From positions 42,182 through 106,181 of the forward strand of contig JAKSOL010000010.1 of the NCBI GenBank assembly GCA_024405635.1: a DNA stretch of 64,000 nucleotides. The letters run 5' to 3'. Position numbers and translations under genes: made by a program. Below are positions 30,391 to 39,900 of the stretch, piece after piece (the stretch's first letter is position 1; the number at the start of each line of letters is the position of its first letter). The notes under the pieces are model-generated. The model was not told where the DNA came from, ran no database searches, and saw only the letters and a list, made by a program, of their open reading frames with translations. This DNA comes from Salinivirgaceae bacterium. Its GTDB lineage: Bacteria; Bacteroidota; Bacteroidia; Bacteroidales; SZUA-534.

Positions 30391-31305
30391 ATGAACGAAT
30401 CAGTACAAAAATATCACCTACTAGCTTTTGCCATTGTTTCGGTTTGGGGAACAACATTTGTTTCAACCAAAGTTTTGCTAAACAACGGACTAAATGCCAG
30501 CGAAATTTTCTTCTGCCGATTTTTGCTTGCATACATATTCATTTGGATTATTTCACCAAAAAAACTATTTGCGCAAAGCATAAAAGACGAACTAACAATG
30601 TTAGCTCTTGGTGTAACAGGCGGCTCGCTATATTTTCTTACTGAAAACATGGCATTGGTATCGTCGCCCGCATCAAATGTGTCGCTCATTGTTTGCACCA
30701 CACCCATACTCACGGCCTTACTACTTGGCACTATTTATAAGAGCGAACGACTGCATGGCGTACAAATAGCAGGCTCCATTTTAGCATTTTTGGGAATGGT
30801 ATTGGTAGTGCTCAACGGAAAATTTGTGCTTAAAATATCGCCAGTTGGCGATGCACTTGCCTTTGCAGCTGCTTGGATGTGGGCATTTTACTCGCTATTT
30901 ATGAAACAGGTAATGAACCGTTACTCAAGTGCATTTATAAACCGTAAAATATTTTTTTACGGACTCATAACCATTCTACCCATTTTGTTGATGCGCGGTA
31001 TAAATGTGCCTACCGAAATTTTTATTCGACCAACTGTTATTTTCAACCTACTGTTTTTGGGCATTGCAGCATCACTATTGTGCTACTACTTTTGGGGAAT
31101 AACACTCGAAAAACTTGGAGTTGCAACCGCATCAAACTACATCTACCTAAACCCAGTGGTAACAATGTTAACGGCCTACGCGTTTATCAACGAGCGCATA
31201 ACAATTTTTGCAATTCTTGGTTCGGTTATGATTTTAGTTGGATTATACTTCAGCAACAAAAAGACAAAACTCCACTCGAACCAATTAGGCACAAGCAAAA
31301 GTTGA
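30391..31305 (+). CDS. DMT/EamA-family transporter
   Basis: VWGTTFVSTKVLL, two EamA repeats and YIYLNPVVT. Start at ATG 30391. Confidence 0.9.
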   Translation: MNESVQKYHLLAFAIVSVWGTTFVSTKVLLNNGLNASEIFFCRFLLAYIFIWIISPKKLFAQSIKDELTMLALGVTGGSLYFLTENMALVSSPASNVSLIVCTTPILTALLLGTIYKSERLHGVQIAGSILAFLGMVLVVLNGKFVLKISPVGDALAFAAAWMWAFYSLFMKQVMNRYSSAFINRKIFFYGLITILPILLMRGINVPTEIFIRPTVIFNLLFLGIAASLLCYYFWGITLEKLGVATASNYIYLNPVVTMLTAYAFINERITIFAILGSVMILVGLYFSNKKTKLHSNQLGTSKS

Positions 31306-31325
31306 ACATATAAACTCATTTAACT

Positions 31326-31333
31326 TACCTTTG
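31326..31333 (+). promoter_or_regulatory. -7 promoter element (TACCTTTG)
   Basis: TAnnTTTG 24 nt before the ABC-F ATG. Confidence 0.6.
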
Positions 31334-31357
31334 CAACCCTAAAAACACAAAGCAGAT

Positions 31358-33331
31358 ATGATTTCAGTTAGCAACCTAACGGTTGAATTTTCAGGCGTTC
31401 CACTCTTCAACAACATCAGTTTTTTAATCAACCCACGCGACCGCATAGGTTTAACTGGAAAAAACGGAGCAGGAAAATCAACCTTGCTAAAGGTGCTTTG
31501 CGGTGCCCAAAACTACGACACTGGCGCAGTTTCGGTACCTCGTGGTGTAACCATTGGTTACCTACCTCAACACATGTCGGTTGAAGATAAGCACACAGTT
31601 TTTGACGAAGCTTTGAGCGCTTTTGTTGAAGTAAAACAACTTGAAAAAGACATTGAAAAGCTAAACAACCAATTAGCCGAACGCACTGATTATGAGTCAG
31701 ATGAATACATGAATCTGATTCACGAACTAACTGAAAAAAACGACCGTTTTCATCTTTTGAGCGGACACAACATTGAAGGCGAAGTAGAGTCGACACTAAT
31801 TGGTTTGGGCTTTGAGCGCACCGACTTTACGCGCCAAACTGGCGAATTTAGCGGAGGCTGGCGCATGCGCATCGAACTTGCAAAAGTACTACTACGCCAC
31901 CCCGATGTGTTACTACTCGACGAGCCAACCAACCACCTCGACATTGAATCGGTTCAATGGTTTGAAGATATGCTTAAAACATACGAAGGCGCTGTTGTTG
32001 TTGTATCGCACGACAAAGCCTTTCTCGATAACCTTACAAACCGTACAATTGAAATATCGTTGGGCAAAATATACGACTTCAAGCTATCGTATTCCGACTA
32101 CGTAAAACAACGCACCGAAATGCTTGAGCAACAAAAAGCCGCATACGAGAACCAACAAAAAATGATTGACGACACCGAAAAATTCATTGAACGTTTTAGG
32201 TACAAAGCTACAAAAGCCGTGCAAGTACAGTCGCGCATTAAACAGCTTGAAAAAGTTGAGCGCATTGAACTTGACGAGTTCGACACTTCGGCAATTCACT
32301 TCCGTTTTCCACCTGCACCACATTGCGGACAAATAGTGATTGAAACCAAAGGCATGAGCAAAAGTTTTGGCGATAATTTGATTCTTGAAAACATTGACTT
32401 TATGCTTGAACGCGGTCAAAAAGTGGCCTTTGTAGGACGAAATGGCGAAGGAAAAACAACCATGTCGAAAGTATTGCTTGGAATATACGAAAGCACAGGC
32501 ATTGTTAAAATTGGCCACAATGTTACAATAGGTTACTACGCTCAAAATCAGAGCGAAATGCTTGACGACAACAAAACCGTATTCCAAACTATTGACGACA
32601 TTGCCAAAGGCGAAATACGAACTAAAATACGCGACATATTGGCATCGTTCCTATTTAGGGGCGAAGAAATTGACAAAAAAGTATCGGTACTATCAGGCGG
32701 CGAAAAAGCCCGCCTATCGATGGCAAAATTGCTACTTGAGCCTGCCAACTTACTTGTACTCGACGAGCCTACAAACCACCTCGATATGCGCTCGAAAGAC
32801 ATTTTAAAACAAGCACTTATAGCTTACGACGGAGCGCTTATTATAGTTTCGCACGACCGCGATTTTCTTGACGGCATGGTTGACGTGGTTTACGAGTTCC
32901 GCCACAAAAAAATGAAGCAATATCTGGGCGGCATTGCCGATTTTCTGCATTACAAAAAAATGCAGAACCTGAACCAATTAAATGCAGTTCAGCAAAAAGG
33001 CAATCAAGCAAAAACTGAAAAACCAACCGCAGAGGCCAAACCGCAACCCGAAAATAAAACCAAAAGCAAATTAAGCTACGAGGAACAAAAAGAGGCCGAA
33101 CGTAAACTGCGCACTGCTCGCAAAAAAGTTGAAGAAACCGAGCAACTGATTACCGAAACCGAGCAACAAATTGCCTCAATGGAAGAACTTTTTGCAAACG
33201 ACCCACAAGCATCAGCCGATGCTACCAAGTTTGAAGAATATAGCAACATGAAAAAGAAACTTGCCGATGCTATAAACCAATGGGAAAATTTTAGCGAACA
33301 ACTTGACAAACTTGAACGCGAATTGAAGTAA
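31358..33331 (+). CDS. ABC-F family ATP-binding protein
   Basis: Two ABC domains (GKNGAGKST, FSGGWRMR, LDEPTNHLD; GRNGEGKTT, LSGGEKAR), no TM segments, C-terminal coiled coil. Confidence 0.95.
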   Translation: MISVSNLTVEFSGVPLFNNISFLINPRDRIGLTGKNGAGKSTLLKVLCGAQNYDTGAVSVPRGVTIGYLPQHMSVEDKHTVFDEALSAFVEVKQLEKDIEKLNNQLAERTDYESDEYMNLIHELTEKNDRFHLLSGHNIEGEVESTLIGLGFERTDFTRQTGEFSGGWRMRIELAKVLLRHPDVLLLDEPTNHLDIESVQWFEDMLKTYEGAVVVVSHDKAFLDNLTNRTIEISLGKIYDFKLSYSDYVKQRTEMLEQQKAAYENQQKMIDDTEKFIERFRYKATKAVQVQSRIKQLEKVERIELDEFDTSAIHFRFPPAPHCGQIVIETKGMSKSFGDNLILENIDFMLERGQKVAFVGRNGEGKTTMSKVLLGIYESTGIVKIGHNVTIGYYAQNQSEMLDDNKTVFQTIDDIAKGEIRTKIRDILASFLFRGEEIDKKVSVLSGGEKARLSMAKLLLEPANLLVLDEPTNHLDMRSKDILKQALIAYDGALIIVSHDRDFLDGMVDVVYEFRHKKMKQYLGGIADFLHYKKMQNLNQLNAVQQKGNQAKTEKPTAEAKPQPENKTKSKLSYEEQKEAERKLRTARKKVEETEQLITETEQQIASMEELFANDPQASADATKFEEYSNMKKKLADAINQWENFSEQLDKLERELK

Positions 33332-33355
33332 ACAATATCTGCAATTAAGCTTACT

Positions 33356-33395
33356 ATAGCCAACCAATTGTAAAATTTGGTTGGCTATTTTTTTT
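33356..33395 (+). terminator. Intrinsic terminator
   Basis: ATAGCCAACCAA...TTGGTTGGCTAT followed by a T-run. Confidence 0.9.
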
Positions 33396-33641
33396 GATTG
33401 TTAAACAACTAAAAAAACGCTTATTCTATTTTTATAGTTTTGATTAATAATTTTAATCATGCGACTAAATTCACAAGACAATCAAACATAATAATCGTCT
33501 ATAGGACAATCAACTACGCAATAGTCAGCCACAAACATCAATTTCAAATTGTCATTATTTATTAGTATATTTAATGATAAATATTATTAAATTATAACTA
33601 ATAATACATAAATATTAAATGATATCTATTTACAATGAATG

Positions 33642-33649
33642 TATCTTTG
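33642..33649 (+). promoter_or_regulatory. -7 promoter element (TATCTTTG) for the candidate RNA or long leader
   Basis: TAnnTTTG at the end of a very AT-rich tract, just before the structured segment. Confidence 0.55.
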
Positions 33650-33653
33650 GCAT

Positions 33654-33816
33654 AAAGGTTATAGTTCTTTGAAAGGTTTGTTGCGAGGCTTAGAAAAATG
33701 ATGCTTTTTGGGGCTGACTATAACTTTCTTTTAGGGCTACAGTAATTTTTTTCATGGGTTAATTAATTTGGTTGAATACCATTAAGCACCTCTTCGCAAC
33801 AATCTTTCATTTTTTC
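33654..33816 (+). ncRNA. Candidate structured ncRNA or leader RNA (two crossing long helices)
   Basis: 33655-33666 pairs with 33716-33727 (12 bp) and 33670-33688 pairs with 33792-33809 (18 bp, one bulge). Promoter box upstream, T-run downstream, no ORF in the track. Confidence 0.45.
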
Positions 33817-33881
33817 ATATTTTTTTCAAAAAATCTCCCCTAACTATTAATACACAAAGTGTTTAATAGCTTGCATTGAGT

Positions 33882-33889
33882 TATCTTTG
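33882..33889 (+). promoter_or_regulatory. -7 promoter element (TATCTTTG) proximal to the adhesin gene
   Basis: TAnnTTTG about 30 nt before ATG 33919. Confidence 0.6.
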
Positions 33890-33918
33890 CAACAAAATTT
33901 TTTGTTAAAAGAAACACC

Positions 33919-36900
33919 ATGAATACATACAAAAAACTCATAGCGGTTTTTACCATAATATTGTCAACATTAAGTGCCAATTGCCAAACCGACGTTGAGT
34001 TTTGGTTTGCTGTGCCAGAACTAACATGGCGCCACGTTGCTGACCAAAAAACCTATCTGCATATTGCATCACTTGACGCTCCCGCCGATGTTGTTGTAGA
34101 AATGCCCCGAAACGCATACGATGCAGTAAGCAACCCTAAAGGGTTTAACCCTATTTTGGTTACACTACCCGCAAACGGATATAACCTCATCGACCTCACT
34201 AGTATTATCACAGCCTCGCAAGACGACAATATTTTGGAGGTTGGTTTGGACAAAAACGCAGGCACCGTTGAAAACAATGGTTTGCACATTAAATCAACAG
34301 CTTTGATAACTGCATACCTTGAACGTGCCGATAACGACAACACCGACCTTTGGGCTCTTAAAGGTCGAAATGCTATTGGAAAAAACTTTATTGTTCCATC
34401 GCAAAACACATTCTACAACAAAGCATTCGGAACTCCTGCAGCTTGGAATAGTATTGACGTTGTAGCAGTTGAAGATGCTACTGTAACATTCACTGTTCCA
34501 AAAGGCTCCGCTGTAAAGGTAAATGGTACAGTAAAAAACTTTACTTCTGCACCGGGCACAGTTTCGCAAAAACTAAAAGCTGGGCAAGCATTCTCGCTCC
34601 GTAGTGCCGCCGTTGGTACAACATATTCTGGTTTTGAATGCGACCGTCACTTGGGTGGAACAATTATAAAATCGACTGGAAACATTGTTGTTCAATGGAA
34701 AGACGACTCAATGAAATCGGACTACACTGGTAGTTACGACGTTGCAGGCGACCAAATTGTACCTACTGATTTAGCAGGTTTTGAGTACGTTGTGATGCGT
34801 GGTCAACTTGGCAACGGAAACAAGAATAGCGAATATGTTTACATAATGGCAACTGAGCCAAACACCACCGTAACATTTACTACCGAAGACGGTTCGCACA
34901 CAGTACACAACCATCAAGCTGATATAATAAAAACTAGTGATAGTGATCGTGGTGTTAGTTACAAAGTTAATTACATGAAAGCCAACAGCAAAACCATTGA
35001 TTATACTGAGGATGCACCAATGGTATTGTCAAAAGTTGGCGAAATAAAGTATGTACGACTTAACGAGCTCTCTTTAAAATCAGAATCAGCATTTAGTGGC
35101 GATGCCGCAAACCTAAAAAACTATGACGCCTTGCACATTAAGGCCGACAAAAAAATAATCGTTTTCCACATTTCAGGATTTGGTAGCGAAATGGGAGGCG
35201 CCATTTTACCAACCATTGACGGCTGCACAGGTTCAAGCGAGGTTTCGTTTATGCGATCGAGCGTTCATGGTTTTTACCTTAACATAATGTGTAAAGGTCC
35301 TTTTATCGACTACTTTACCATTGAAATTGAAGGCCGAGAATACCCAATACCTGGCAGTTGGTTTAAAAAGATTGAAGGCAGTGGCACAAACGAATCTAGC
35401 ACTTGGTACTACCTAAACAAAAGTTATAACGAGTTTGGTAAAGCTCAAGGTGGTATTCCGGCCATTCAGGTTGGAAAAACTGTGAAGGTAAAAAACAAAG
35501 TAGGTTTGTTTCATTTGGGCATTATTAATGGTAATGCATCTGGAGGTTGCCGCTATGGTTATTTTTCCGACTTCTCCGACAATCAAAGCCGCGCCAACAT
35601 TGCTAACTCTGGTTCCGACTATCACGACTTTTGCGAAGGCGACACCATAACACTTCAAGCGAGCGGTGGTGTTGAATACAAATGGAAATACATTGAATCG
35701 GGAAGCAGCATATTTATCGACCCCGACACAGAAAGTACCCCTCGTGTTAAACCAACACCAGGATTTAACCACTACGAAGTAACAATTAGACGCGCATGTT
35801 ATACTGGCAACCAAAATCAAGATACCACAGTTGATGTTTACGCATTTGGTATTCCTCAAATCGTTGCCGATTTCGACATTAGCCCATCAACTGTTTGCAG
35901 CCCTAGAACTGTAACCTTTACCAACAACACCACGGGCGCAAATACCTTTTATTGGACTATTGACGGACAACCAATAAGCGAGGAAAGCGAGATTGTACTC
36001 TATCCTTTTATAAATCAAGGAGGAACAGCTGCCGAATACCACATAGTGTCGCTAAAAGCATCGTTAGGTAACGGCTGCCCAAACTCAAAATCGAAAACAG
36101 TAACCGTTTGTCCATCATCTGAGGCCAAAGTTACAGCCGATGTTGCCATTGGTTGTCAACCTCTAACTGTAACATTTACTGACGAATCAACCGGTAACAT
36201 AAGCCGAACCATTTGGAATTTTGGCGATGGAACTGGCGACAAAGATTACGCACCAGGAACAATAGCAAAACACACTTACGTAAACCCAAGCGAAACCGAT
36301 ACAATATACTATGCAAAGGTTGTTACAACCAATACATTTAATTGTAGCGACACTGCCATTGTGCCAATTACCGTACACGGAATGGTTAAAGCACAATTCA
36401 CTATTGACAAAGCTTCGGGTTGTGCACCTTTTGATGTCAACTTTAAGAACTATAGTATTGGCTACGGTCCAAAAACAGTTTACACATGGAACATTGGAGG
36501 CGACTATACAGGCACTCCATCATCGACAAAAAATGCAGAATTTACACTTACTTACAACAATGAGACACAAGTGTTAAAGCAGTATAAAGACATAACACTT
36601 ACTGCTACACTTACCGCAAACAACGGAGATGTGTGTATAAGCACCAGCCAACGCGACACTATCACCGTTTATCCACATTTTACTATCGATTACGAAGTTT
36701 CGCCTATTTCGGGTTGCAACCCACTTGAAGCCACTTTTACCAACCAATCAAACATTCAAGATTCAAAAACACAATTCAAGTGGTATTTTGGCGATGGATC
36801 TTCGGCAAACAACACTGGCACTTTTTCTCATACTTATGCTCATGCTGAGCCAACTCAACAACATTTTCAAACTGCCCTTGCTGGCGAAAGTCAATATGGT

Positions 36901-39900
36901 TGCCGCGACTCGGTTGCAAAAGACATTATTACCGTTGAAGCTTACCTAGCACCACATTTCACTATCGACAATAGCGAAGGATGCTCACCTGTAACCATCA
37001 ATTTAACAAACAACACTCCGGCTCATGCAAAATCCGACAATAGCACTTGGACTTTCACCAACACATCTGGAGCGAACTACCCTTACACATTGGTTTCTGG
37101 TTCGTTGAGCAACACTGCAAAATTGCGTTTCGAGAATAAAACAGGAACCATTCAAGTAATTACAATACGACTAACAGAATCAATTGACGGAACTCGTTGC
37201 TCTGAATCATATGAACAAAAAATAACCATCTACCCCGAAGTTTCGGCAAGTTTTGTAGCAAGCCAACCAACCGTTTGCGATAGCACTCAAATTGTTTTCA
37301 CAAACAATTCAATTTTTACAGGAACCACCTTAAAACCAAGCAAATACTCATGGATTTTTGGTAATGGTGCCACAAAAGATATGACTTCAGCTAGTGCCGT
37401 TTCACAACTATACCGCAACACAAGTGGAAGCACAGGAACTACCGCTCAAAACTACACAGTAACACTTATTGCTTCAGCAAATGGTTGTGCCGACACAGCC
37501 ACCACACAAGTTGCAGTTTATCCACCAGTAAAGGCTTCGTTTGTTGCCGAAGATGGCAAATACAATGTTTGTGCCCCTGCAACTATCAAACTAAAAAACA
37601 CCTCAACAGGCGCAAACCAATACTTGTGGGAATATAACGACGGAACACCAAGTAACTCAACATACAACTTAGCAAACGTAAACTACCCAGTACCAAGCAC
37701 AACTACCCCAAACACTGTTGATGTTAAAATTGTTACAATGACAGCATCAAACGGAAGTTGTACAAGCACAGCAAAACGAACATTCAATGTTTCGCCTGAA
37801 ATAAAACCATCGTTAACTGTTTCAAAATCGGCAGGTTGCGGTCCTCTTGATGTTACACTAAGCAGCGCTGGAACAACAGGCAACTCGTTGAGTTACGCAT
37901 GGAACTTTGGCGACAACTCACCTATTCTTAACCAAACCACCGAAAGCGTAAATCACACATTTGGCAACGATAGCGGCAATGACAAAACATACACTGCCAA
38001 ACTTACCGTAACCAACAATTTAGGCTGCAAAGCAACAGTACAAGCCAATGTTACTGTCTATCCAGAAATTGATGCACAATTCAGCATCATAAAAACAACC
38101 GAATGCTCGCCAATGGATGTTGATTTGGTTAACAATTCGCAAAACGGAAACAAATACATTTGGACATTTGGTGACGGACAAACCGAAACAAGCACCAGTG
38201 CTAGAGGAACTAAACATCAATACAAAAACACTAGCCCAAGTGGCAACGACATTTCAACCTACACAATTAAACTTATAACCATTGACGCCAACCACACTGC
38301 TTGCCGCGATAGTATTAAGCACGATATAACAGTCTATCCCGAAGTTATTGCAGCATTTGATGCAACAAATACCGAAGGTTGCTCGCCTCTAACCTCATCG
38401 TTTACAAACAAATCGAAAGGTTATGGCTTGTCTTATGTATGGCAATACGACTACGACAACACTTCGTCAACCACAACCGATGCAACTCACAACCACACGT
38501 TTGATAACCGCGAGGCAACTACCCGTACTTACAACGTTAAACTTATTGCTACCGATTTTAATAAATGTACTAGCACTGCAACAAAAACAGTAAAAGCCTA
38601 CCCTCACGTTATTGCAGGCTTTGGGTACGTTAAAGAAGGAGTTTGTACTCCATACGAAGTATCGTTTAACCAACCAAACAACGCCATTAACGGCACCAAG
38701 TTCAGTTGGGATTTTGGCGATGGTAGCAAAGAAGACAAATCAACCAAAGCAACATTTAAACACACATACGACAACACTACCGCAAACACGGTAAACACAT
38801 ACAACATTAAATTGCTAACAACCGACACCAATACTGGTTGTAAAGACTCAACAACTCAAACAATTGAAGTATATCCTCGCTTAATTCCAGCATTTGAGGC
38901 CGATGTTACTGAAGGTTGTAACCCTGTTAGTGTAAGTTTTACCAACAAAACAACAGGTTTGGCAACTTACGCTTGGACATTTGGTGATGGCCAATCGTCA
39001 ACACTAACAAACCCAGCGCACACATTTACAAACTACAATACAACCGACGAAACATACACAACAACATTAACCACCACACAAAGTGCAACTGGTTGCCAAA
39101 AAACAACAAGTAAAGACATTACAGCATACTCTTTTGTTCTTGCCAAATTTGGAATTAACGGAGCCGACCTTGAACAAGTAGGAAGCCAAGCAGGAGAACT
39201 GATGGGTGGTTGTACTCCATTTAAAGTTGTTATAACCGACTCGTCGCGCATAAACGCAAACACAGGCTCTTGGAGTTGGAACTTTGGCGATGGCACAACG
39301 TCAAACAACCGCCAACCTTCAATTCTAACATACACAAACAACGATTCGGTAGCCCCACTTGAAAACAAGCGCTACGACATAAGTTTACGAGTAACCAACA
39401 ACCACGGTTGCTATCACGACACAGTTCAATCGCTTACTGTTTATCCGCGCTCTGTTCCAAACTTTACTGGCGATTTTGAAGGTTGCATGCCACACACTGT
39501 AACATTTGAAGACAAATCGGTAATTGACGATGGCACAAAATACTTTTGGTCATTTGGCGATGGTTCAACAGCTGTAACTGCTCCACCATTCAGCAAAACA
39601 TACAACAACTACAGCAACACCAACGACCAAGTGTTTACCATAAACCTTAAAACAACCACTCAGTACAACTGTACCGATGAAATTTCAAAAACAGTTACCG
39701 TACACCCAAAACCACAAGCAAGTTTCAGTCCACTAATCGACCGCGCTTGTCCACCCTTCAATGCCGAATTCAAAAACAATTCAATTGGAACAAACCTTAC
39801 ATACCATTGGGATTTTGACAACGGCGAAACCATTGACACCAGAAGCCGAAGCAACCAACACTCAGAATATAGCAACGACACCAACGAACCTATTACTAAG

